Part shown: positions 18,056 to 27,819 of the stretch, piece by piece
How positions within the stretch are numbered: position 1 is the first letter of the stretch
Layout: each line of letters begins with the position of its first letter
Position numbers and translations under genes: made by a program
Origin: a virus
DNA: 64,000 nt
Reading direction: 5' to 3' (one strand)
Virus record (IMG/VR): IMGVR_UViG_3300037337_000032
Coordinates: 1 to 64,000 of that record
Notes under the pieces: model-generated
The model's input: only the letters and a program-made list of their open reading frames with translations
Databases searched by the model: none
Told to the model about the DNA's origin: nothing

Positions 18056-19033
18056 ATGACGGAAAGAATTCTAATTATTGACGCTGACCTTATTGCTTAT
18101 AGATATGCAGCTGCTAATGAAACTAGAAGTATTAATGCCAAGCATTTAAAATCAGGTAAAGAAAAAGTATTTAAGAATAGAACTGAATTAAAGACCTTGC
18201 TAAAAGAAAAAGGCTTTGAGTTTAATGCAGATAAATATTCTATTCAGGATGTTCAGACAGCTTCTTCTATCACCTTTGCATTGCGAAACGTGAATGGTCT
18301 TATTAAGCGTTTAACAGAGCATACGTGGGCCGATAAGGTTGAGCTATATCTTGGATCTGGGAAAACATTTAGACACGACCTACCTCTACCTGTGGCATAT
18401 AAAAACAATAGATCAGATTTGTTAAAACCATTACAATTACAAAATGTAAGGCGCTATATGCAAGTAAAGCACAAAGCTGTGCTTATCCGGCACATAGAAG
18501 CAGATGATATGTTGAGTATACGTGCTTACGAAGAGTTAGCTAAGGGTAACTATCCTATTATTGTTTCTGCAGATAAGGATTCGCAACAGTCCCAGGGTAT
18601 AGAAGTATTAGACTTTACGAAAGACGATTGGCAAGGTAAGGTTATACCTATTGTTGGATCTTTAACAAAAGTTAATAATGCTATTAAGGGGGATGGCTTA
18701 AAGTTTCTAGCCTTTCAAGTCCTAGCAGGAGATACCGCAGACACCTATAAAGGTTATGAATTATCTGAACTAAAATACGGACCTGTGAAAGCTATGAAAG
18801 CCCTAGATAGTGCAAATACAGAGCAAGAAATTTTACAGGTATTAATAAGTGAATTTAAACTTTTGTATCCAGATCCATTTACTTATTTTGACTGCCACAG
18901 TGTAGAACACACAGAAGTAGATTGGTTTGATATGCTGCAAATGTATTGGCAATTAGCGTATATGAAACGCAGTATAGATGATGATAGTAGTTTTGTTAGA
19001 TTTGCTTCGGAGAAAGGTATATATGTCAAATGA
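18056..19033 (+). CDS. 5'-3' exonuclease (T7 gp6/RNase H-like flap nuclease)
   Basis: IIDAD, YK.NR, EADD, SADKD, LAGDTADTYKG. Confidence 0.88.
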   Translation: MTERILIIDADLIAYRYAAANETRSINAKHLKSGKEKVFKNRTELKTLLKEKGFEFNADKYSIQDVQTASSITFALRNVNGLIKRLTEHTWADKVELYLGSGKTFRHDLPLPVAYKNNRSDLLKPLQLQNVRRYMQVKHKAVLIRHIEADDMLSIRAYEELAKGNYPIIVSADKDSQQSQGIEVLDFTKDDWQGKVIPIVGSLTKVNNAIKGDGLKFLAFQVLAGDTADTYKGYELSELKYGPVKAMKALDSANTEQEILQVLISEFKLLYPDPFTYFDCHSVEHTEVDWFDMLQMYWQLAYMKRSIDDDSSFVRFASEKGIYVK

Positions 19034-19244
19034 AAAAGAGCAACTAGTTTATAGGCTAAGGAAACGAGCAGAAATTCGCAGGAGTATTTCTGAGCGTAAA
19101 TCAGTACAGGAAAATAAACCCGACAGAATCTCCGAATTACTAGAAGAAGCTGCAGATGAGATTGAAAAACTAACTTCTATTTCTGCTGAGCTTGAAGAAA
19201 CTGTTAAACGGCTGTTGCTAAGAGAAGATGCAAACGACCATTGA
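19023..19244 (+). CDS. Hypothetical phage protein
   Basis: LVYRLRKRAEIRR.I..RKSV...PDRI..LLEEAADEIE. Confidence 0.65.
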   Translation: MSNEKEQLVYRLRKRAEIRRSISERKSVQENKPDRISELLEEAADEIEKLTSISAELEETVKRLLLREDANDH

Positions 19245-19743
19245 TTTATACAATGCAGCAGATGTTAGGAAAGTAAGAGAGTTCCTAACAAACGAGCAGA
19301 ATAATAAATGTGCAGTAACTGGCATAGAGATAGCAGCTAAACAGCATGTAACCGACCATGCGCACGATGAAACACAACTAGTTCGTGGAGTATTACACAG
19401 GCAAACTAATAGCTTTCTTGGTAAAGCTGAGAATGCTTTTGTAAGACTAATCGCATGGTGGTATCCGAATGATCTACCAACCCTATTAAGAGAGTGTGCA
19501 GAGTACCTGGAAAAAGAACCAGACTTACGCTACCGACATAACGGATGGATCAAAAAGATAAATACGCAATTTAATAAGCTCAAAGAATCTCAGAAAGACT
19601 CTGTACTTGCTAAACTTGGTAAACCACCTGGAAAGAATGCAGTAGAGCGTAAAAAGATGTTTCAATCTGCTGTGTTAACTAAGAAGTTTAGCTATAGCGT
19701 AATCTGTAGTTTTATCAATAAAGAAAGAGTCACAACTTTTTAG
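19228..19743 (+). CDS. Recombination endonuclease VII-like protein
   Basis: Q...CAVTG, DHAH...VRGVL....NSFLGK. Confidence 0.8.
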   Translation: MQTTIDLYNAADVRKVREFLTNEQNNKCAVTGIEIAAKQHVTDHAHDETQLVRGVLHRQTNSFLGKAENAFVRLIAWWYPNDLPTLLRECAEYLEKEPDLRYRHNGWIKKINTQFNKLKESQKDSVLAKLGKPPGKNAVERKKMFQSAVLTKKFSYSVICSFINKERVTTF

Positions 19744-19765
19744 GCTCATTTAACAAAGGACTGGT

Positions 19766-19951
19766 ATGAAAATCCGAGTAATCAGGTGCAGTGATCCATT
19801 GCTATGGTACGCTAGCCACATAGGTCAAGAATTTGATGTAGCTTTCGTAGACCAGAATTCTTACTGGAGTCGAGAAGTAGATGGTGTATTCAATTGTTTA
19901 AATTGGTTGCACAAAGAAGACGCAATTATTACAGAAGGAAATGCAGAATGA
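19766..19951 (+). CDS. Hypothetical protein
   Basis: 61-aa ORF with AAGGA RBS, WY...IG..F.V. Confidence 0.55.
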   Translation: MKIRVIRCSDPLLWYASHIGQEFDVAFVDQNSYWSREVDGVFNCLNWLHKEDAIITEGNAE

Positions 19952-20895
19952 AATATTCAAAAAATACGATTAACTTAATTAAATCAATGCAAAGCTTAGG
20001 ATTATCTTCACGAAAGATTGCAATGCAATTAGACATCAGTAAGTCAGGTGTCAATGATCTTTTTAAGCGAAAAGCTACACTGCTATGTGAGCAAGAGGCT
20101 GAAGATTCTAAGGGTAAACAACCTCGTATTCTTATCTTCGACTTGGAGACGGCAGCTGCCACTGCTCTCACATTCGGAAGATTTAAGGTGAACTTGTCTC
20201 AGGCTAATATTCTAGAGAATGGTGGTTGGATTCTTTGCGCTTGTTGGCGCTGGTTAGGACAAGAAGAGGTAGAATCACTGTGGCTCTCACCACAAGAAGT
20301 TGCTGAGTGCGATGACAGCAGGATTGTGGAGCGATTATTTGAACTATACGAAGAAGCTGATGCTGTACTAGCGCATAATAGTCTAGGCTTCGACCATAAG
20401 GTTCTACAGGCAAGGGCTATCTATAATGGATTTCCAGCTTTACCTTTGGTTAAAGTATTAGATACACTTCAACTAGCACGAAGATACTTAAAGCTCCCAA
20501 GTAATCGTTTAGACGCAATCGGTGAGTTCTTTGGCCTTGGACGGAAGATTGACACAGGTGGTATTTCTCTGTGGAAGGAAGTTCAATCTGGAGATAAAGA
20601 AGCTATGGCTAGGATGCTTGAGTACTGTAAACAAGACGTTAATTTGTTGTACGAGGTTTACCTACGGACTCGTCACTTGGGGCGAGCAGGTTCAGACTTT
20701 AATGCAGCCTTGTACTACGACGATGATAAGGTTCGTTGCCGTGTTTGTGGAAGTACTGATGTCTACGAGACTGGTCGTACTACAGAGACAGCACTGAATT
20801 CTTTCGCTGAAGTTCGTTGTAATAGTTGTGGTGCTGTTCATCGGCATCGTCAGGCTAAGACAACAAAAGAAAAACGAAAAAACTTGTTGATGTAA
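19948..20895 (+). CDS. RNase H-fold 3'-5' exonuclease (DnaQ-like) with N-terminal HTH and C-terminal Zn ribbon
   Basis: FDLET, AHN..GFD, DTL, YCKQDV, CRVC...CNSC. Confidence 0.8.
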   Translation: MKYSKNTINLIKSMQSLGLSSRKIAMQLDISKSGVNDLFKRKATLLCEQEAEDSKGKQPRILIFDLETAAATALTFGRFKVNLSQANILENGGWILCACWRWLGQEEVESLWLSPQEVAECDDSRIVERLFELYEEADAVLAHNSLGFDHKVLQARAIYNGFPALPLVKVLDTLQLARRYLKLPSNRLDAIGEFFGLGRKIDTGGISLWKEVQSGDKEAMARMLEYCKQDVNLLYEVYLRTRHLGRAGSDFNAALYYDDDKVRCRVCGSTDVYETGRTTETALNSFAEVRCNSCGAVHRHRQAKTTKEKRKNLLM

Positions 20896-20946
20896 AGCAA
20901 CTGTGATATACTTATATCGTAGACCGAAAGTAACAATCTAAACATA

Positions 20947-20975
20947 AACCCCCGGCTAATAACCGGGGATTTTTA
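20947..20975 (+). terminator. Intrinsic terminator
   Basis: CCCCGG/CCGGGG stem followed by ATTTTT. Confidence 0.7.
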
Positions 20976-21157
20976 CATTAAGGAATAAGTAATGACACAA
21001 ACTTGGATCAAATGGTTAGTAAATAATAGCATGCGATTTGTTGTATATTTTGTTTGGTTTTTAGTGCTACCGCTATATCTTATTGCATATGCTAAAGACG
21101 CAGCTAGTGACGCCTCTAATGATCTTAAAAAAATTCAAAAACTCAAGAAGGATTAAT

Positions 21158-21682
21158 ATGCAGGAAGAACCTACCAACCAAGTTAACGATTATAGTATAG
21201 AAGACTTTCAGATTGATTGTTATGCATTTAATGAAATTGCAGAAAAGCATAGTCTTACAAGTTTAAAAGATATTACATTACAGTATGAACTGATAGCAGA
21301 AGAGACTCAAGAGATTAAAGACAAGGGTATTGACTTCAACGACCCGACAGAGGTTCTAGATGGTGTGCTTGACGTTATGGTAACTGCTCTAGGCTTACTA
21401 CAGAAATTAGAATATTTAGGTATAAACGTAAATAAAGCTATGCAAGATACTGCATATAATAATTTAAGTAAGTTTCCATATTCAGAGGATATAGCGATTT
21501 CTACCGCACAGCACTACGAAACCAAGGGTGTTAAAGTAAAAGTAGAGTATAACTCAAGCTACGATCTTTTTGTAATTAAGAATGAATCTGATAAGGTTAT
21601 GAAACCAACAGGATTTGAAAGTAATAACCTAGCTAATTGCATACCACTTAACTTACTTATGGATGGATTTAAATATGACTAA
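21158..21682 (+). CDS. MazG-like/PRA-PH NTP pyrophosphohydrolase
   Basis: LIAEETQE, EVLDGVLDV, NNLSKF, KVMKP. Confidence 0.75.
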   Translation: MQEEPTNQVNDYSIEDFQIDCYAFNEIAEKHSLTSLKDITLQYELIAEETQEIKDKGIDFNDPTEVLDGVLDVMVTALGLLQKLEYLGINVNKAMQDTAYNNLSKFPYSEDIAISTAQHYETKGVKVKVEYNSSYDLFVIKNESDKVMKPTGFESNNLANCIPLNLLMDGFKYD

Positions 21683-22067
21683 TATGCAAAGTACTACACA
21701 AGAAATTAAAGAATGGCAGCACCCAAGTAGTTCTAAACTGGATACTACACAGCAACCTATTGGTACTAAATACGACCAAGACAAACTGCAATATACTCTA
21801 ATTCCACCTAAAGCACTAGAAGCTGTAGCTCGTAACCTAACCATAGGACTGAAGAAGTATAAAGAGCGTGACAACTGGAAAAAAGTGCCCAATGCAAACC
21901 AGCGATATCTAGATGCACTTTACAGGCATCTGGAGGCCCATAGAAGCGGTCAGTTGTATGATGTTGATAGCAGTGACCCAACTATGCCGCATATGGCTGC
22001 AGTGGCTGTAAATGCCCTATTTTTACTTGAATTTATGCTAGACCCCAACTTAAAGGAAAAAGAATGA
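21675..22067 (+). CDS. dATP/dGTP diphosphohydrolase-domain protein (DUF5664-like)
   Basis: G.KYDQDK....LIP, G.KKY...NW, A..RHL......D......HMA. Confidence 0.8.
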   Translation: MTNMQSTTQEIKEWQHPSSSKLDTTQQPIGTKYDQDKLQYTLIPPKALEAVARNLTIGLKKYKERDNWKKVPNANQRYLDALYRHLEAHRSGQLYDVDSSDPTMPHMAAVAVNALFLLEFMLDPNLKEKE

Positions 22068-22196
22068 TTACTACTATATTATATATTTGTCTAGCTTTAA
22101 GCGTAACTACATTTGTGCTTATCTATTTAGCTATTCTGAAAATAATTTATGAGAATAAGCAACTTTATGCTAGTCTAAAGAAAGATAAAGAAAACC

Positions 22197-22225
22197 TTGA
22201 TTTAACTAAAACCCTGTGATAGAAT
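22197..22225 (+). promoter_or_regulatory. Sigma70-like promoter upstream of the RNR unit
   Basis: TTGATT-17 nt-TAGAAT with TG extension. Confidence 0.6.
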
Positions 22226-22254
22226 CACTATTCTCTTAATTTTAAAGGTAGTAA

Positions 22255-22674
22255 ATGAATAAAAAAATAAAGCACCCTGTCCGCCCTAATGCTATCGTTG
22301 CTCTTTGTGTTATCTCAGAGTCGGAAATCTCAAGAGTAATGCCAAATTACAGCGCAGAGTTTGAGAACGAAGAGATTAAATTTAAGAGTTTCCTTTATAA
22401 CTTAGGTATGGACATTAATAAGCCGTTTCAACGCCAAGATGGTCTTCAGCATCGTAATCGATTGAATGAAGTGGTAGTCTGTAGTAGGTGGGTGGGAGAA
22501 GAACGACTAGACGAAGCTTGGATTTATAGCAGTTACGCAAGTAAATCTGCTATTGATAAAGCAAGTGGAAGCAAGTTAACAGAAGACTTGTACCGCGCAA
22601 GGTATGAGACAGAAGACGCGCAAAATATGTTAGAAGCACGAGAACGATATAATACAACAACTGAGGAAGAATAA
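22255..22674 (+). CDS. Hypothetical protein
   Basis: 139-aa ORF coupled to nrdB. Confidence 0.6.
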   Translation: MNKKIKHPVRPNAIVALCVISESEISRVMPNYSAEFENEEIKFKSFLYNLGMDINKPFQRQDGLQHRNRLNEVVVCSRWVGEERLDEAWIYSSYASKSAIDKASGSKLTEDLYRARYETEDAQNMLEARERYNTTTEEE

Positions 22675-23666
22675 TGCTAGAAAAGCACTTATTGCCAATT
22701 AACGAACGACAAGAACCCGTAGAATTTGCAGATCAACAACTGAAAGTATTCTGGTTGCCTGATGAGATTAAAGTAGAAAAAGACGTACAAGATGTACTTG
22801 TAAACTTTACACCAGCCGAGAAACATGCAGTTATCACTACGCTAAAGCTGTTCAGTATCTATGAAACACACGCAGGATCTGAGTATTGGGGTGGAAGATT
22901 TAAGAGTATCTTTGATGGTGCTGAGTTTCATAGAATGGGTTCAGTATTCTCTATGTTTGAGCTTGCAGTTCACGCTCCATTCTACAATAAGATTAATCAA
23001 TTACTACATATTGATACACCTGAGTTTTATACTTCATATTTAAACGATCCAGTACTGAAGCAACGAGTAGAGCATATTGGTGAAATTATTGCTCACCCTG
23101 ATAACCTAATCTCACTAGCTGCTTTCTCAATGGTAGAAGGTGTTATTTTATACTCTTCGTTTGCATTCTTGAAGCACTACCAATCTCAAGGTAAGAATAA
23201 GCTAATGAATATTGTACGTGGAATTAATTTCTCCGTTAGAGATGAAAATATGCACTCTGTTGGTGGGGCTTGGTGTTTTAAGTACAGACTAGAACAGATT
23301 AAGTCAACTATGTCTGCTGTAGAATTTGAAGAGTATACTGCTAGTATTGAAAAGCAAGTAAGAGAAGTAGCCCAAAAACTATATGAGCATGAGTGCCAGA
23401 TAATTCATAAGTTATTCGAGCAAGGCGAAATTAAGGGTATTACTGCACATCAACTTGAGAACTTTGTACAGTCTAGAGTTAACGAGTGTTTAAAGCAATT
23501 AGGCTTTGCTAAACAATATGATGTAAAATACAACCCAATTTCTGAATGGTTTTACAAGGGTATTAACAATTATACGTTCAATGACTTCTTTAGTGGTATG
23601 GGTAATCAATATCACCGCAGTTGGGATAGTTCACAATTCGTATGGAAAAAGGAAATAAATGAGTAA
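22674..23666 (+). CDS. nrdB: Class I ribonucleotide reductase beta subunit
   Basis: FW.P.EI, E...H...Y, VEGVILYSSF, RDENMH, DFF tail. Confidence 0.92.
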   Translation: MLEKHLLPINERQEPVEFADQQLKVFWLPDEIKVEKDVQDVLVNFTPAEKHAVITTLKLFSIYETHAGSEYWGGRFKSIFDGAEFHRMGSVFSMFELAVHAPFYNKINQLLHIDTPEFYTSYLNDPVLKQRVEHIGEIIAHPDNLISLAAFSMVEGVILYSSFAFLKHYQSQGKNKLMNIVRGINFSVRDENMHSVGGAWCFKYRLEQIKSTMSAVEFEEYTASIEKQVREVAQKLYEHECQIIHKLFEQGEIKGITAHQLENFVQSRVNECLKQLGFAKQYDVKYNPISEWFYKGINNYTFNDFFSGMGNQYHRSWDSSQFVWKKEINE

Positions 23667-25362
23667 TATCTATAAAGAACTAAGCGAAGAACGTAAAGAA
23701 CTACAGTTGAGAGGTTTAGTACCCCAGTGGTATACTACTGCAGGTTATCAGATGTTCAAAGAAAAGTACGAATATGAAGTTGAAGGTCAATCTGTTCGTG
23801 GGCAGTTCGAGAGAATTGCCAAGACCGCAGCAAAGCATTTAAAAGGTACTTCCTTTGAAGAAGCCGCAGAAGGTAAGTTTTTCGATCTGCTATGGGAAGG
23901 CTGGCTTTCAGCTAGCACCCCCGTGTTGGCAAATATGGGAACTAGTAGGGGTATGCCTGTATCTTGCTCTGGGACTGTAATAGAAGACTCTGTGGATGGT
24001 TTCTACAGTAATCTACGCGAAGTAGCCCTGCTTACTAAATATGGATTTGGCACGGCTACAGATTTAAGTGCAGTTCGTCCTAGAGGATCTAAGATCAGTA
24101 TCGGTGGAAAAGCAAGTGGTGTATTACCTGTAATTAAGGAGCACGTAAACGCCATGCGTAATATCGCCCAAGGAACTGCTAGACGTGGTGCCTGGGCCTT
24201 CTATTTGAACATTGAACACGGTGATTTCCATGAGATTGCAGATCATATATTAGCCGAACCAGATGATTTAAATGCAGGGTGGGTAATTAAACAGTCTTTT
24301 ATTGCTGCACTGGAAAATGGAGATAAAGAGGCAACTGAACGTTTTCAAAAGGCAATGAAGATTAAGATGGTAACTGGTAAAGGTTACTTCTTCTTTATCG
24401 ACAAAGCTAATGCTAAACGACCTTTGACTTACCAACATCACGACTTAAAGATCAACAACAGCCAACTGTGTTCTGAGATCATGCTATTCAATGATGAAAA
24501 CCACACCTATACTTGTGTACTGTCATCTATGAACGCAGCAAAGCGCAAAGAGTGGAAAGGCACAGATGCCCCTTATTGGGCTACAGTGTTTCTAGATTGC
24601 GTAGCATCTGAGTTTATAGAGAAAGCTCGAAACGTAAGTGGACTTGAAAAAGCAGTAAGATTTACTGAAAAGAGTAGGGCACTTGGTTTAGGTCTTTGTG
24701 GTATTCATACTTTATTCATGCAAGAGATGTTTACGTTTGAGAGTTTTGATGCTCATATTCTAAGTCAAGAAATTTCTGCAGATATCTGGGAGCAAGCTGA
24801 GAAAGCTACAAAAGATATGGCAATTGTGCTTGGTGAACCTGAGTGGTGCAAAGGCTTTAATCGTAGGAATAGCCACACTATTGCTATTGCCCCTACTAAA
24901 TCTACTGCGCTATTGATGGGTGGTGTCTCAGAGGGAATCAATCCAGATCCTGCTATGAGTTACAATCAGATGACAAGTGCAGGTGAGATTGATCGCTTAA
25001 ACCCTGTACTACTTGAGCTGATGAAGAACAAGGGTGTTTACTCTAAGAAGCACGTGCAAGAAATTACCGACAAGCAAGGATCAGTACAGCATGTCAGTTG
25101 GCTAGATGATGTTGAAAAACAAGTATTTAAAACTGCTTTTGAAATCAACCAGAAAGCTGTGTTAAGATTAGCCTCTGCTCGAAGTAGATATATTGATCAG
25201 TGGCAGTCTTTGAACTTATTCTTTGCTGCTGATGAAGATCCGGCATGGATTGCTGAAGTGCATTCTGAAGCTTTTCGTGACCCTAATATCTTAGCTTTGT
25301 ACTATATTTATACACAGGCTGGAGTACAAGCTAGTAAAGGCGAATGTGAAGCCTGCCAGTAA
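23659..25362 (+). CDS. nrdA: Class I ribonucleotide reductase alpha subunit (short, no ATP cone)
   Basis: STPVLAN, PVSC, SQLCSEI, AIAPT.S, LYY, C-terminal CEACQ. Confidence 0.93.
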   Translation: MSNIYKELSEERKELQLRGLVPQWYTTAGYQMFKEKYEYEVEGQSVRGQFERIAKTAAKHLKGTSFEEAAEGKFFDLLWEGWLSASTPVLANMGTSRGMPVSCSGTVIEDSVDGFYSNLREVALLTKYGFGTATDLSAVRPRGSKISIGGKASGVLPVIKEHVNAMRNIAQGTARRGAWAFYLNIEHGDFHEIADHILAEPDDLNAGWVIKQSFIAALENGDKEATERFQKAMKIKMVTGKGYFFFIDKANAKRPLTYQHHDLKINNSQLCSEIMLFNDENHTYTCVLSSMNAAKRKEWKGTDAPYWATVFLDCVASEFIEKARNVSGLEKAVRFTEKSRALGLGLCGIHTLFMQEMFTFESFDAHILSQEISADIWEQAEKATKDMAIVLGEPEWCKGFNRRNSHTIAIAPTKSTALLMGGVSEGINPDPAMSYNQMTSAGEIDRLNPVLLELMKNKGVYSKKHVQEITDKQGSVQHVSWLDDVEKQVFKTAFEINQKAVLRLASARSRYIDQWQSLNLFFAADEDPAWIAEVHSEAFRDPNILALYYIYTQAGVQASKGECEACQ

Positions 25363-25443
25363 TAAATGTAAAATACAATGCAATAAAATGCAATATAGCG
25401 ACATCTAAGCAATTAAAAGTACTATAGCGTAATCTGCAGACGT

Positions 25444-25490
25444 AAAAATACCCGGAGTCCTGTGAAGGATATCCGGGTTTCTTTTATTTG
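25444..25490. terminator. Bidirectional terminator between convergent replication and late units
   Basis: AAAAA-ACCCGG...CCGGGT-TTCTTTT. Confidence 0.7.
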
Positions 25491-25930
25491 TGTAGTCCTA
25501 AAATATATCTAGTTTTACCGTCTGTATTTTTAGCTGTCAGTACTTGGTTACGATTAGCACCTGCATTAAAACTGATATGAGTCCATGTATTAAATTCGTT
25601 TATTGCTTGATCAAATTCAATACCTAAAGTAATCAACTGCTGTACTACATCGTAAGGTTCTACACCTTGCACTACAATGTCTACTGCTTTACCTTGACTA
25701 TGCTGGCTTGTTTTAACGCCTCCTACAGCTTTATTTACAGCTGGGCTACGGTAGCCGCTTGTAACTCTTAAGGAGAGGCCTAGAGCTGTTCTAAGCGGTT
25801 GTAGGATGTTTGTTACCAACTGCTGTAGATTTTGCACTACTTCTTCAGTTGGTTCATTAGAAATACCCAATTTAACAGCAGATGCAGATTGTGTAAATTC
25901 TCCTAGAGAGAAGTTCTGAGATAGTTGCAT
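25484..25930 (-). CDS. Endolysin, peptidase M15A family
   Basis: LS.NF.L.EF, SGYRS..VN.AVGG...SQH..G.AVD, W.HIS. Confidence 0.9.
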   Translation of the reverse strand: MQLSQNFSLGEFTQSASAVKLGISNEPTEEVVQNLQQLVTNILQPLRTALGLSLRVTSGYRSPAVNKAVGGVKTSQHSQGKAVDIVVQGVEPYDVVQQLITLGIEFDQAINEFNTWTHISFNAGANRNQVLTAKNTDGKTRYILGLHK

Positions 25931-25940
25931 ATTAAATCCT

Positions 25941-26432
25941 TTATTTAGTTAGCTTACTAATAGTATCATCTTTATTCTGAGAGCTTCTAGAAGAGCCTCT
26001 GTGAAAGTTAATGATAGTACCAGTTAAAGTCCAGAGCGAACCTAATGCCATATAAACTAGCTCTTTATTCTCTGCAGGAACTCCTTGAAAGAAAGCTAAC
26101 CAAGACACAAGTACAGCAGCACCTACTACTATAAAATCTAAAATATAAGCTGAATTCTTAGATAATAAAGATGCACTAACTGCCTCTTGAATACGAGCAT
26201 TCATGTTACGAGCATCTGCAGTATTTTTAAGATTCAATTCTTCTTGAAATTCTTCGTGCTTTAATACTGCTAGTTTTAATTCTGCAATCTTTTCTGCAGA
26301 CATATCAGGTTCAAGTTTAATACCTGTTTTCTCTTCTACGTAATCTAAACCTTTGTCTACTACAGCTTGGGCTACTTTATGCAGATTATTAGATAGAAGA
26401 GAACTGATTACACCCGCTAAGATTGGTAACAT
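25941..26432 (-). CDS. Holin-like membrane protein
   Basis: TM segments, DAR motif and F..GSS.SS..K tail, adjacent to endolysin. Confidence 0.65.
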   Translation of the reverse strand: MLPILAGVISSLLSNNLHKVAQAVVDKGLDYVEEKTGIKLEPDMSAEKIAELKLAVLKHEEFQEELNLKNTADARNMNARIQEAVSASLLSKNSAYILDFIVVGAAVLVSWLAFFQGVPAENKELVYMALGSLWTLTGTIINFHRGSSRSSQNKDDTISKLTK

Positions 26433-26443
26433 ATATTATATCC

Positions 26444-26671
26444 TTACATGCCTATGATTATTTTAAGTACATTAGTTATACCCATAGACTGAGATAGAAC
26501 TACAAATACAGCACCCATTGCTAAATATTTAATCTGATTAAGTGTCTTCTCAATGCTGCTTAAAGCCCTACGTAGATCTGTAGAAATATCTTGAAGCTTT
26601 TTTAACTCCTGTGCATGATCATCTACTTTTATTTCGAGCTTTATAACTCGGTGTTCAATTTGTTCTGACAT
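26444..26671 (-). CDS. Coiled-coil plus TM protein (XhlA-like holin/antiholin)
   Basis: Coiled coil then hydrophobic C-terminus in the lysis cassette. Confidence 0.55.
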   Translation of the reverse strand: MSEQIEHRVIKLEIKVDDHAQELKKLQDISTDLRRALSSIEKTLNQIKYLAMGAVFVVLSQSMGITNVLKIIIGM

Positions 26672-26781
26672 AGTGGTTAGTATCCTTAGCGGCTGAGATA
26701 GGAAGAAGTTATAATCTGTAATAAAAAATAAACCTGAGATAGTTACTATTTTATAAGTAGTATCTCAGGTAAAGTTGAACT

Positions 26782-26811
26782 ATTATAGCATAACTATTCT
26801 AGTAAATCAAG
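26782..26811 (-). promoter_or_regulatory. Sigma70-like promoter of lysis cassette
   Basis: CTTGATTTACTAGAATAGTTATGCTATAAT on minus strand. Confidence 0.65.
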
Positions 26812-26871
26812 GTTTAAGCTGACATTGAGTCACTTTTAACACGAGATGTAGAATAACTATTTATCATTACT

Positions 26872-27819
26872 TTATTCTCTAGATAAAATATCCTCTATTA
26901 CTGCAAGCTGGCGTATCTGTACATCTCTTATCTTTATGCCACTTTCTATATACAGATTTTGTAATATACCACTTATTGCAGAACCTTTAATGGTTTCAGT
27001 CATAAGTACTTTTCTAAGCCCCTCAGATAGATCTGATGTACACTGCTTATCTGTATTCGTATGCACAAACAAAGCAGACCAACCGAGGTCTTCAATTTCT
27101 GCGTAACCCTGTTCCCTAAGTGTCGCTATGTTTTTTTTACCAACCAAGCTATGCTTAGGTGCTGCAATGATTCGGAGACTCCCACTATTAATTAGCCCAC
27201 TTATTAAGGGGTTATCTGGGGCTGCCACTATGTAGTCTAGGCGTCCAGCAACGAGGTCAATGACTACTTGCCCAATACTTTTGTATTTAACTACTTCTGT
27301 TTTTGTAGCTAAACTTTTATCCAGCAGCTTAATAGTAAGGTAGTGACTCTCTGTAGCCCCTCCACCAAAAAGCCCTTGCTTTGTTATGCCTGCATCTACC
27401 AGGTCCTTAGCGGTGAAGATATCTGACTTTGTGCTTACAAGTACTGCTAACGGTACTTGTATTAGTCCGTGGACAGGCGTTAAACCGCTAATCGGGTCTA
27501 ATTGAGAACTAGCATGTGTAGCTTTAAGGTAACCCAGAGTAGCACCAGCAACTAGTGCTGTGCTGCAGTTAGCTGGTAAATTTGCAAACTTGTTTAGACC
27601 TATTACGCCGCTTGCACCGGGTACGTTTACCACTACTACAGGTCTTCCCAACTCCTTCCCAAGCAGGGGTGCTAAGTATCTTAGGGCTACGTCAGTAGAA
27701 CTTCCGACTCCAGATAGCGTCATTAGTGTTAGTGGCGAAGCTAGTAAACTTGCCGAACTAAATAATAGTAAAAAAACTAAAAAGTATTTTTTATAATTCA
27801 AGTTAGCCTCCATTTTCAA
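26872..27819 (-). CDS. Bug/TctC family tripartite tricarboxylate transporter substrate-binding protein
   Basis: Signal peptide; G..TD...R.LA..L.KELG.PVVV.N.PGASG.IG, YK......DLVAGRLD, TLREQGY. Confidence 0.85.
   Translation of the reverse strand: MKMEANLNYKKYFLVFLLLFSSASLLASPLTLMTLSGVGSSTDVALRYLAPLLGKELGRPVVVVNVPGASGVIGLNKFANLPANCSTALVAGATLGYLKATHASSQLDPISGLTPVHGLIQVPLAVLVSTKSDIFTAKDLVDAGITKQGLFGGGATESHYLTIKLLDKSLATKTEVVKYKSIGQVVIDLVAGRLDYIVAAPDNPLISGLINSGSLRIIAAPKHSLVGKKNIATLREQGYAEIEDLGWSALFVHTNTDKQCTSDLSEGLRKVLMTETIKGSAISGILQNLYIESGIKIRDVQIRQLAVIEDILSRE

Noticed and set aside
21158-22067. 2-aminoadenine (Z) genome pathway
   Set aside because: No PurZ homologue recognised in the window
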